In this document: piece after piece, positions 49,540 through 60,360 of the stretch | Layout: the number at the start of each line of letters is the position of its first letter | Numbering within the stretch: position 1 is the first letter of the stretch | Assembly (NCBI RefSeq): GCF_004010195.1 | Contig: NC_057728.1 | Location: 41,706,844-41,770,843 of the forward strand | Length of the DNA stretch: 64,000 nucleotides | Source: Chiloscyllium plagiosum | Lineage: Eukaryota | Direction: 5' to 3' | Notes under the pieces: generated by a model | Seen by the model: the letters and a program-made list of their open reading frames with translations, nothing else | Database searches by the model: none | What the model was told of the DNA's origin: nothing | Made by a program: the position numbers and the translations under genes

Positions 49540-50280
49540 GATGAGCAGCAGTCATGGAGACGTGGAGCAAATGCCTCTTTTTATAGGGCATTCAAGGATG
49601 AGAGGTCATGGCTTTAGGATAAGGAATAGCGAACTTAAAACAGAGTTGAGGAGAAATTACTTCTCCCAAAGTGTGTGAATCTGTGGAATTTGCGAGCCAA
49701 CGTATGGTGGATGCTGGGACAGTGAGTAAATTCAAGGAGGAGTTAAACAGATTTTTAATTGGTAATAGGTTGAAAGGATATGAGGAGAAAGTAGGAAAAT
49801 GGGGGTGAGGAGCATATCAGCCAAGATTAAATGGCGGAGCAGACATGATAGGCTGAATAGTCAAAAGTAGGACTGCAGATGCTGGAAACCAGAGTTTAAA
49901 TCAGAGTGGTGCTGGAAAAGCACAGAAGGTCAGGCAGCATCCAAGGAGCAGGAAAATCAATGTTTCGGGCAAAAGCCCTGCCCGAAATGTCGATTTTCCT
50001 GCTCTTTGGATGCTGCGTGACCTGCTGTGCTTTTCCAGCACCACTCTGATTTAAACTCTGGTTTCCAGCATCTGCAGTGCTCATTTTTGCCTAGTTGATT
50101 TTAACTTTACTGCGAATCCTTTTGCAAGGATGCCTACCTTGAATAAGTTCTCCTCTTTCCACAAGAATCTCAGTGAGTCTCTCTCTCTCTCTCTCACTGC
50201 AACCCCCAGGTCATCTCCTCTGCCCTGAAGCCCTTCAACTATGATAGGCCAAATAGCCTAATTCTGTTCCTATATCTTTT
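49540..50280 (+). mobile_element. CR1-type LINE 3' end split by a PLE insertion
   Basis: gaatctgtggaattt..aaatggcggagcagacatgataggctgaatag | resumes cctaattctgttcctatatct at ~50257. Confidence 0.7.
49861..50240. mobile_element. Fold-back Penelope-like insertion with tails on both arms and ~150 nt read-through extension
   Basis: Arms ~49861-49970 and ~49980-50090; TSD atgataggc(tg/ca)aatag at 49845-49860 and 50241-50256. Confidence 0.82.
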
Positions 50281-50511
50281 GAGCAGTCTCTTTCCCAACA
50301 TACAGTTGGGAATCTGGGTTTGCTTTGAAGGTTCTGACAGGAAGACCTCTACTCACTACTGGCCAAACTATGTCTTGGCATTTATTTGAAAAGTTCTATT
50401 TATGTGGCATTTCACCAAATGTTTTTGATGGTTTCTCAAGGAATTATCCAGCAGGATACACCATCACCTTCTCCTGCAGAGCCTTGAGGACGTTACATAT
50501 AGATCGCCATT

Positions 50512-50876
50512 AGCAGAGCGCTTTAGGGAACATCTCCGGGACACCCGCACCAATCAACCACACCGCCCCGTGGCCCAACATTTCAACTCCCCCTCCCACT
50601 CTGCCGAGGACATGGAGGTCCTGGGCCTCCTTCACAGCCGCTCACTCACCACCAGATGCCTGGAGGAAGAACGCCTCATCTTCCGCCTCGGAACACTTCA
50701 ACCCCAGGACTCTATGCTCCTTTCTCCCCACCCCCACCCTCCTCTAGCTTATCTCTCCTCACTCCAGGCTCACTGCCTTTATTCCTGATGAAGGGCTTTT
50801 GCCCGAAACGTCGATTTCGAAGCACCTTGGATGCTGCCTGAACTGCTGTGCTCTTCCAGCACCACTAATCCAGAAT
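50512..50876 (+). mobile_element. Penelope-like element 3' end: GIY-YIG C-terminus followed by pLTR
   Basis: ERFREHLRDTRTNQPHRPVAQHFNSPSHSAEDMEVLGLLH...LEEERLIFRLGTLQP, then the pLTR shared with the fold-back elements. Confidence 0.9.
50781..50816 (+). ncRNA. Minimal hammerhead ribozyme motif in PLE pLTR
   Basis: CTGATGA(50785-50791)-A-GGGC tttt GCCC-GAAA-CG-TC; all core positions present; helix I weak (attc/gatt). Confidence 0.72.
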
Positions 50877-51049
50877 TGTGGTCAAAGTTGCTTTTCTATA
50901 TAATGATTTCCACAAGTGACAGGTGTTAGACAGACAATGTTCAACTGACTGTTGTGTTCCATGTGAATGCCCCATCTCTTATGACATTGTGAACAGATAG
51001 CTCCTCTGGACATCTTGAATCGTTGACAAGGATTTTACCAACTTATGGT

Positions 51050-51950
51050 GATAGGCAGGGAATTAGAGGGAGGGGCCATAAACTGTTGAGGTAAGAAAAG
51101 AGTTTGGAGTTTTCCTGTTGCCATATCATTTCACCAGAAAATGCGGTTAATAATCCTATTTACCAGAAACAAACTGAACCACTTAAAAGACCAAATAAGG
51201 ACAGCTGCTTGCATTAGACCAGCAGCAGTTATCCTTTGCCTTCATGGAGAGATTGCCTTGATACCTTCACTGCAGCTTTGAGATGGGCATCCTCGATGGG
51301 AATTCTTTGGTCCTCAGTGGGACACTCAATGGTATTGGCTGGCCCCGTGGCAGTGCCATTGCCTGCTCTTACGAATCAGATCCTTACTTTCATAGGGATT
51401 TGAATCACCCTGACCATAGTTACTTGGATGGAGTGCAGCATTCACCCATGGCATCCTTTTGTTTTACCAGACCCAGTCTTAACAGAGGCTACTTTTCTTG
51501 ATGGCTCTGTTGGGATGATTGAACTGATAGTCCTAATGATTGATTGGCAGCTGCTGGAGGTGGGTAGCTGTCCTTAGTGGGTCACTTCATGTATTGGCAA
51601 CCCCCTATAAAATGAGGCACAGGGTCCCACAAACTGTGCACACCCGGCTTTTGGAACCATTGCTGGAAACTTCTGTCAGAAGCACAAAATTCTGCCCTCA
51701 GTGTTTTTGTGATGTGGATCTATACACAGTCAGAGGCAAAGTTGGTCACCAGGAGGAGGGTGATATTGGGTGTGGATGCTCTCAATATCTACTATAAAAA
51801 TGAGCAAGAGTTTGCATGTCTGGTTCATATATAGTTGTGTGCCCAGGTGATGGACGTTGAAGGTTTTTAGTGAGTGTTGGGAATTGTTGTGAGGGTTGGA
51901 GCAGATTTTATGAATGGAAATGAAAAACTCAAGTCTGCTGCTGTCTCGAC
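51050..51950 (-). mobile_element. Possible old Tx1/L1-like LINE remnant
   Basis: Minus-strand fragments PNITLLLVTNF.. and AVL(F)GLLSG..RIINRIFW resemble Tx1-type ORF2 C-terminal motifs; highly degenerate. Confidence 0.35.
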
Positions 51951-52742
51951 AAGTCATTGAACTGTTATCACACTTCTACAATGTCACCTAACCCTGTAAA
52001 ATGGGAGAAAATATTGTTTAAACCAAGGAAGCTGAATAAGAAGATGTTTATAATTTTAAAAATAAGTTACCAATGTGTGTTGTGAGTTGTATATACAATG
52101 CTGCCTTGTTGGAGTGATGAGAGAGAGAATTCAAGACAAAACTGCACTGCCTGTGTGTGTTCAGGGCAATTCTGCTCAGATACAGTCTTTTGACTAAGTC
52201 TTGAATTGGCACCAGTTGATTTTGGCTCAGGAGGGTTCAGCATATTAACAAAGTCCTGATTGGTTCCTGGGCAGTGAATTGCAGCATAAATATCTAACCA
52301 GAGAAAACATCCATCACTTTCATTCTCTTCTGTGCTAAAAGAGAGTTAGCTACTTGCCCTCATATTTCCTATCTGAGCTGCTTTCCCTACTCTTGTTGAA
52401 TGGAAAAGGGGATAAACCACTTCAGAGACACTGGAAGGATGAGATTTCAACCAGTAAATGAAAGATTGAGATTTGGTGCTCACACAACATGGGCATCAGC
52501 AACGAGTCAAATGGAAATGAAAGGAATACAAAAAAAAAATCAACTCGTTGACATTTGTGTTCTGAACATGTTTCCCTCAGTTTTTTTTCCACTCATAATA
52601 TTTGTCTTACTTCGCATCCTCAGGTGTCTGTACATTATGGGAATTTTAAAAGGGTCAGAGTTCATGTTATAGAATTATAAATCAGCAATGGATGTTTACT
52701 TTTTGCCATTGGTTTTAAACAGGTTGATTACAATAAATAGTT

Positions 52743-53105
52743 GAGGAGAAAGTGAGGTCTGCAGATGCTGGAGATCAGAGATGGAAATGTGTTGCTGGAA
52801 AAGCGCAGCAGGTCAGGCAGCATCTAGGGAACAGGAGAATCGACGTTTCGGGCATTAGCCCTTCTTCAGGAATGAGGAAAGTTGGTCCAGCAGGCTAAGA
52901 TAAAAGATAGGGAGGAGGGACTTGGGGGAGGGGCGTCGGAAATGTGATAGGTGGAAAGAGATCAAGGTGAGGGTGATCTTTTATCTTAGCCTGCTGGACC
53001 AACTTTCCTCATTCCTGAAGAAGGGCTAATGCCCGAAACGTCGATTCTCCTGTTCCCTAGATGCTGCCTGACCTGCTGCGCTTTTCCAGCAACACATTTC
53101 CATCT
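52743..53105. mobile_element. Young fold-back Penelope-like pLTR insertion with 130-bp inverted arms
   Basis: 52779-52908 reads as the exact reverse complement of 52976-53105; 36-nt tail 52743-52778; TSD tacaataaatagtt at 52729-52742 and 53105-53118. Confidence 0.93.
53011..53046 (+). ncRNA. Minimal hammerhead ribozyme motif (mirror copy on the minus strand at 52838-52873)
   Basis: CTGAAGA(53015-53021)-A-GGGC taat GCCC-GAAA-CG-TC. Confidence 0.72.
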
Positions 53106-53957
53106 ACAATAAATAGTTACTTTCTTATTGGAAGAAATAAGACCTGGTGCATATAGTTTAACCTGAGTTAGACAGTTTCGTAGAAATGGGCAATTCAGTG
53201 GTTTAGTCAAATTTTCACACTTGTGCTGACTTTGAGAATAGTAGGGTTGGATTTCCAATACACGACTACAGTGGATTGTGACAAGGTGGCAGCTGATTAT
53301 ACTAAGAAACATGTAAAATAATCAAACTTTTCACCATTGAGTCTGAGGCAGTTGCTATAATATCATTAGCAGGAGACTAAATATTAATTGGGAGATAAGT
53401 AGTTTTCTGAAATAATTAAAGGGATTTTTGACCTAGAGGTCAAACATTCAGTTTTGTATGAAATATCCTTACTCTGCAAACAGTGAGGAATGTTTAAAAT
53501 CAACTCCACCTTGGCAGTGCCAGTAATTGTTGTTGTAACACATTGTTTTAATCACCATATTTTGTCTAATTGGTATTTTAAGTAAATGCTGCTTGGACAG
53601 CTTTTCAAGGACTAGTTCATTGGTAACTGGTGAGTACAATTGGGTAAATTTCCTTTGGATATTCACATGTCCCATTCAGCAGGCAAAAGGAATAATGCCC
53701 AGATTGATATGGATATAATTAGCTTGAACTAATTTCTAACGTTTGCATTTGTTTCCATATTAACTAGCTACTGTTGATACAGCCACAAAGTATTTATGGA
53801 TCAACCAGACACCACAAAATTGATGGCATGTGACTAATGCAGAGAGATTCACGAAGTTATGGGATAAGGAAACTGGGTTTCTTTGTCTGACTTTTTACAG
53901 AGAAAAAACAGTCATGAACATGAGAAAAAGAGTCATTTTCAGTGAAGAGATTGTTAT

Positions 53958-54195
53958 GATTCCAGAACTTTAAAAGCTGATTAAACATTAAGTATTGGAT
54001 GATCTACTACAGCATTGCTCATAATGAGTCAGCTTAGATTCCAGAACTTTGAAGACTGATTAAATATTAATTATGAGATGATCGACTGTAACATTGTTTA
54101 TAATGAGTCCGTTTAGATTTCAGAACTTTGAAAACTGATTAAATATTAATTATTTGATGATTTGCTGTAGCATTGCTCATAATGAGTCAGAGTTT
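53958..54195. repeat. Tandem repeat, 79-bp unit x3
   Basis: Units start gattccagaacttt at 53958, 54037 and 54116 (gatttcag..); each contains ctgattaaa.attaa and taatgagtc. Confidence 0.92.
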
Positions 54196-54999
54196 AAGGT
54201 GTAGCTCTGGGAAATGTGCTCATAACCAATGAAAGAAGTTTGCAATCGATCATCCCAGGAACATTGACACAGCGTGTTTTAGATTTTGATCTTGTTCCTT
54301 GAATATAAATAGCATCCCTCTTCCTCACTGAATAAATACTATATAGGCAATATTGGGTAGTGTTTCTTTGCTGTCCACCTGTGGTATTTTTTTACAAGAA
54401 ATATATACAGTAGCTTGGTTTATTTCCATCCTTTCCTATTTGCCAAATATCTGTGTAACACATTAAATAGACTCTTTGCTCTAATACTTAAGGTTCAGGA
54501 TTTTTTTTAACTTCCTCCAAACTTGAATCCTTTAAATTTTTCTGCAAACTGGAACTGAGCGAACGTCATCCCTAAGTTGTGTTTGTTCCTGCTGGTAAAC
54601 TCCACTCCCAATTCTGACAGATGAGAAAGAAAGGGTTGCTTATTATAAAGTACCTTTCTGGGATTTATATTGGGATCCGTCCCTTAAGTTTATATATTTG
54701 AGGGCAAAGTTTCTTCTGCTCATTCTTGTCAATAGCATGACCGCAGCAAGTAAAATATGTGGATAACCAGAGGATCTTTGCTGTGCTATTTAAAGCTGTC
54801 CTACTTGATATATGTTGGCTTTGGTTTTCTGACCCATCTTCCAGGAAAATAGGTAACTTAAAAGTAGAGAGATTTGATATTAAGAATAAAGGGAGTCAAA
54901 GATAAAGGCATTGCACTGGAAAATTTAATGAGTTGGAAAGAAAAGATAGGAAATAAGGCAAACTGGTATATCTCCACACAAATTAAATGTCTGCAGTGA

Positions 55000-55515
55000 A
55001 GATCAGAGTTTTCTGGGTGAATAGGGAAATTGAAATGAAAACAAAACTTAAAGAAAAGTGTCACGTGATACATCTGTGGCAGATTAATACCAAATAATAG
55101 CTAGATAATTAGTCAAAATAGAGAAGAGGCAAAAAAAAAATGAGACTCCAAGAAGAAGCATATGAAAGACTGCCCAGAGAATGAAAAACAAGTCATTGGA
55201 AAGGAATATATACAACCATAGAAAAGTAAAGGAATAGTTACATAAAAGATTTGGCTGATTAGAACTATAAAAAATATTCTTCTTATGGGGTCATAATAGA
55301 ATAGGTGAGGTACTGAATGAGTTGTCGCTGAGCAGTGTAGTAACTGAAAGAGGAAGAGGTGCATCAATTAGATACAAAGCAATAAGTAAGAATGGGCTAC
55401 TGAAAAAAAACACACATTGAGTCCTAATTGTTTGTACCTAGAATGCTGAGAGAAATTGTAGAGGAAATATCAGAGGCTCTAATCAAAATCTTTTAAACAT
55501 CCTTGGATGGAGGTC
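55000..55515 (+). mobile_element. Old CR1 ORF2 fragment
   Basis: cctagaatgctgagagaaattgtagaggaaatatcagaggctctaatcaaaatcttt = PRMLREIVEEISEALIKIF. Confidence 0.5.
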
Positions 55516-57276
55516 TATGCTAAAGCACAGCAAATTATGTCACCCACAGCTGACTCTCTGTAGCTTGGCTCTTAGTCAGGATTTCCTCTGCCTTCCACCA
55601 TTTGTTCCCCATTTGTTAAGGGTTTATTTCCAGTTGAGCTCTGTGGGATTTCCTGCTCCACTCCTCTCCCTGCCCCACTCTCCACCGCATTCCCTTATCC
55701 ACATCACTAAGCTACTCATTAATTTTTTTAGCATTGGCAGTTTGCCAAAAGTATTCTAATGAAATCTGACCAAGAAAATATTTCACATCCCTTCTAATAC
55801 CATTAGACAGGCAGTGCAATCCAACTATATTGCCAACCGAATTAAAATCAGTTCTTTGGTTTTGTGGTACCAAGTTGCCCATTGGCAGAATGCCTTAGCA
55901 GCTGACAAAATCAGATAGAACTGGAGAAAGTTCGAATAGGTACTAGCCTACAGAATGAAGTTGGTTACTTGCCTACCTTTCTCCAGTGTGCTCCACAAAA
56001 TCGTTTTCAGAATGACTAGTCAGCTCTTTCAGATACTTCAAAAACCTGATGTCCAGCTTCCAGATTTTCTCTTCTGTGGTGGAACTTCTTTTCTGCTTTC
56101 ATGAGGAGTTAAAATGCTCATTATTGCTTTTATTGAGTCACAATAGTACATTTAGATACTGATGCCAGTTATAGTTTTTGCATATGTTCTTCCACATAAC
56201 ATATACCACGACAGTTGGGTTCTGTTGAGTCAGTTGTCTTGGAATTTATTTAAAATGCTATTTACATGGTTACAATATTACAGACTTATACATGTCTTCT
56301 AGGTTCTTGGCTTACTGATGTTACTGTACATGACATATACATAACTGACTACATGGACTGCATTACACAGAAACAGTAACTGAAAGCAAGATGGATGTCT
56401 TTACCATGGAACATCACATGTCATGATGTCATGCGACTGTCCTAAAGGCCTGTCTGGTCTGGAATGTGAGCAATTATACAACAGATTCTGCACCCTAAGA
56501 CAAGAATGCAATTGAAAGTGATCATCCATTGTCCAAAAAAATGACTTGTGGGGTTTCCTTGGGGTGAGAAAGGTCTGTAATATATAACTATGCTGGTGTG
56601 AGAGCAGAAGGGATCCTTAACCCATGAGAGCATCCCATGTAGGCATTCAGTTCATAGAAGAGACCGTGTATATATGTGTGTGTGCATATATGACTGCCAT
56701 GAACATTCTGACTTTCCTGAACACTGGAGAAATGCTATCTCAGCAGTTCTGACTGCAGAAAATTTCTTCAAAATGATGAACTTAATTCCCCATCCGAACA
56801 GGAGATCTCCTGAACAATTGACACAGCATTCCAGTATTTTCCCAACCATCTCATACAGACCTCACTGATGCTTTCCATGCAAGGAGCACTTATCATTGCA
56901 TCATTCTTTTGGTCATTACATCTAATGCTATCTTCCAAGTAGAATCTGTCTTTCCTTATTTTCCAGTACATTCAGGTTCCCAAATCAAACTTAGAAACCT
57001 GTAGCACAAAAGCAAATCAAATTATTCTCCCCAACAAAAAAATACTTGGGTCTCTTTAAGAGATTTGAAATTTTATGCTGAGACTTCAGCATTTTTCCTT
57101 TTGATTTGTCACTGTTTTGTGAATATAACAGTTGACACAATCAACTTCTAGGAAATTGAATATATAAACCAAGCACTTGTAGTGTTATATATGAGAAATC
57201 AAGGCTGAATGGGGTTTGAGCAACTAGGGGTACTGTAAACCTGAAGGTCACAGAAGGCTTGGGAGAATGGTAAAGC

Positions 57277-57510
57277 ATTCTCCCCGAGTCTGTGTGGGTT
57301 TCCTCCCGGTGCTCTGGTTTCCTCCCACAGTCCAAAGATGTGCAGGTCAGGTGGATTGGCCATGCTAAATTTCCCATAGTGTTAGGTGCATTAGTCAGGG
57401 GTACATATAGGGTAGGGGAATGGGTCTAGGAGGGTTATTCTTCGGAGGGTTGGCTGTGGACTAGTTGGGCCAAAATAGTCTGTTTCCACACTGTAGGGAA
57501 TCTAATCTAA
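57277..57510 (+). mobile_element. V-SINE (HE1-like), 5'-truncated
   Basis: Starts within the V-domain (attctccccgagtctgtgtgggtttcctcc); tail tgtttccacactgtagggaatctaatcta. Confidence 0.88.
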
Positions 57511-57573
57511 AAACACATCTACTGAGCAAGGAGGAACATGCTCTCGGGAAAGGAATAGACATATGCAGAAACA

Positions 57574-57729
57574 GGGTGGAAGTGGGTACTGCAGATGCTG
57601 GAAATCAGAGTCAAGATTAGAGTGGTGCTGGAAAAGCACAGCAGGTCAGGCAGCATCCGAGGAGTAGGAAAATCGACATTTCGGGTAAAAGGACTTCATC
57701 AGGAAGAAGGCCTGCATCAGGAATCAGGA
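57574..57729 (-). mobile_element. Solo (non-palindromic) Penelope-like pLTR insertion
   Basis: Reverse strand cctgatgaagtccttttacccgaaatgtcgattt...tail; perfect 13-bp TSD atatgcagaaaca at 57561-57573 and 57730-57742. Confidence 0.85.
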
Positions 57730-58229
57730 ATATGCAGAAACACTTGCGTTGTAAATTTGCATCTAGAGTTCATTGATGGCGGAACAGACAAGGCTTTACA
57801 TTATATTGGTCAATACTCTCGGCCAAAAAGATAGACCAATCATTGGCTAAGGGCTTGAATACAAATAATGGAGAGAACATCATGAAAAGATGAAGCAGGC
57901 ATGTCCCACATGTGTACATCAGTGTACTCACATCAGAATGTTAAATCATTTTGCATACAGATGCATAGCTAGAAAGAAGTACAAACCACAGGTACAAGTA
58001 ACAGCTGGAGAGATATCAGCTGAAGATTCTGACAAACCACTTTACACCATATAATGGGATGGTTCAGTCAGGTGAAAAGGTGATAAATCACTTGTGACTG
58101 TTGGAGCATGATGGCAGAAACAGAGCATCTGATCAACACAAGATGTCAAGCAGACTTTGGAGCATCATTAAGCATCATAGCCTTCACGGACCTGTACGAA
58201 GTGATTGACCATGATGATTTAAAAAAAAC

Positions 58230-59400
58230 TCTTGAAAATAAAATTGAGGCTATATGATGACACTATATTCGTGCTTAGAGGATAAATTACTCTGAATACC
58301 CAGTGTAATGCCAAAAATAAATCTCCATACTTCAGATGCTTGATGGTAAGCAAAGGTATTCCTTTTAGATAGAGTGAGACTGGGGTTTGGACTGGTAATG
58401 CTCAATGTGTCAAAAGTGATTTGCCATGTTTCTCACAGCTGAGGAATAGATCCTCAAGAACTACAACAATTGTTTCCATGGTTAGGAAGTCTTCCTGGAG
58501 AATATATTTTAAACAACATGAGAGTGTAAGACCAATACAGCATCTGCCAAGGAAGGTTCTAGTTGCTATCAAGAAAGATGAGATAAAAGAATTGGAAAAC
58601 AACTGTGTAATCAAGCAAGTGACAGCTCCTGCAGAGTGGATCAGCAAAACAGGAGCAGTGAAACAACCTGGCAAGTTGAGAACATGCATCAATCCAAAGG
58701 ATCTAAACTCTGAGATGATTTAACTAGCAAAATAATTTTTCCACAGGTTACAAAGTCAAAAAGCTTCCTTATCCTTGAAGCAGAGGATGGTTATTGAGGA
58801 ATAAACTGGTTTAAAGCAGTAGCTTTCTAATGACATACTTCATGCCCTTCAAGAGATAACCAATGGCATGCACATGCTGCTAAGCATTTCCATGACTCCA
58901 GAGGAATAAAGCACAGGCAACATGAGATAGTTAGTGATTTTCCTAGAGTGGAAGCTATATTGGATGATTGATTAGTTTGTGGATGCAGAGATGCATGGTA
59001 GAAACCATTACTGAGCACACTCTAAATCTATTGCAATTGTGAGTCAAGCTCATGAGACAAACCCAAAGCTGACCAAGAGAAAGTTGCAATTAACAATACA
59101 CAAAATCAAGCACACAAAGTATGTACTGACAGCAAAATGTCTCTACCTGGACTCTAAAAATGGAGTGAGTTAAAATGATGCAGTGACCAATGGATGTAGA
59201 AATAATGCAGTAATTTGTTGGGTTTGTCATCTATTTATCAGAAATCTTGTCTAATTTGTTGTTGGAATGTGAACCATTATACCAAATCAAAGCAAAGGAC
59301 CTGCGCTATATGGGGTCTCAGAACAAGAAGCAACAATCACTAAACAAGTGACATCAAGAGCAGTGCTGCAATATAGTGATGTAAATGATGAAGTCACTCT
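58230..59400 (+). mobile_element. Degenerate Ty3/Gypsy LTR retrotransposon pol (RT) remnant
   Basis: ORF 58421-58723 VRPIQHLPRKV..IKELENNCVIKQVTAPAEWIS..VKQPGKLRTCINPKDLN; downstream LEAEDGY and VEAILDD*LVCG (decayed YxDD). Confidence 0.82.
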
Positions 59401-59402
59401 TC

Positions 59403-59605
59403 ATAGAATCATAGAGTCATAGAGATGTACAGCACGGAAACAGACCCTTCGGTCCAACTCGTCCATATCAACCACATATCCCAACCTAATCTAGTCCCAT
59501 TTGCCAGCACTTGGCCAATATCCCTCTAAATCCTTCCTAATCATATACCCATCCAGATGCCTTTTAAATAGTGCAATTGTACCAGCCTTCAGCACTTCCT
59601 CTGGC
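59403..59605 (-). mobile_element. CR1-type LINE 3' end
   Basis: catagagtcatagagatgtacagcacggaaacagaccc is the reverse of the CR1 tail seen at 37640-37685. Confidence 0.88.
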
Positions 59606-59606
59606 A

Positions 59607-60360
59607 AGAGTGTGGTGCTGGAAAGCACATCAGGTCAGGCAGCATCTGAGGAGCAGGAAAATCGATGTTTCATGATGCCTGGAGGAAGAGCACCTCATCC
59701 TCAAGATGAGAACCTCATCTTCAAGCACCTCATTTATCAGGAGGACTGATGAAGGATTTTTGCGGAGAAAGTGAGGTCTGCAGATGCTGGAGATCAAAGT
59801 TGAAACTTTATTGCTGGAACAGCACAGCAGGTCAGGCAGCATCCAGGGAACAGGAGATTCGACGTTTCGGGCACAGGCCCTTCTTCAGGAATGAGCAGAG
59901 AGTGTTCAGCAGCCCCAAGTGGAAAATGAAGTGTTGTTCTTTGAACTTGCGTTAAGGAACACTGCAACAGATCTGGGACAGAAATGTTGGTGTAGGAACA
60001 CAGTGGTGTGTTGAAGTGGAGGCAGTGGGAAACTCTGGGTCATGTTTTACAGACAGAGTGTAGGTGTTCAGCAAAGCGGTCATCAAATCTGTGTTTCATC
60101 TCCCCCGATATACAGGAGACCACATTCTGAGCAGTGAATGAAATAAATGAGTTGAGAGAAGTGCAGGTAAGCTGCTGCTTCACCTGGAAGGTGTGCCTGA
60201 GGCCTTGGATACTGAGGTTGGAGGAAGTAAATCGGCAAGTAAGTCACCTTGTGCAAGACCAACCCCTTCCCACAAACGTCACTTCAATATATTACCACCT
60301 TTCCTGAGCTGTTAACAGTTCTGATGAAGAATCGCCAGACTCGAAATATTATCTTGCTTT
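59607..60360. mobile_element. Cluster of rearranged Penelope-like fragments (pLTR arms, GIY-YIG remnant on minus ~59915-60255, plus-strand pLTR from ~60317)
   Basis: Minus frames read HCSECGLLYIG..DRFAEHLHSVCK; pLTR arms at 59607-59670 and 59764-59895; ctgatgaagaatcgccagactcgaaa at 60321. Confidence 0.8.
59857..59892 (-). ncRNA. Best-preserved minimal type-I hammerhead ribozyme motif
   Basis: attc-CTGAAGA-A-GGGC ctgt GCCC-GAAA-CG-TC-gaat: 4-bp helix I, 4-bp helix II, palindromic ACGT helix III, GUC cleavage triplet. Confidence 0.78.

Noticed and set aside
53958..54195. CRISPR-like array
   Set aside because: Whole units are homologous with no unique spacers, there are no cas genes, and the context is eukaryotic.
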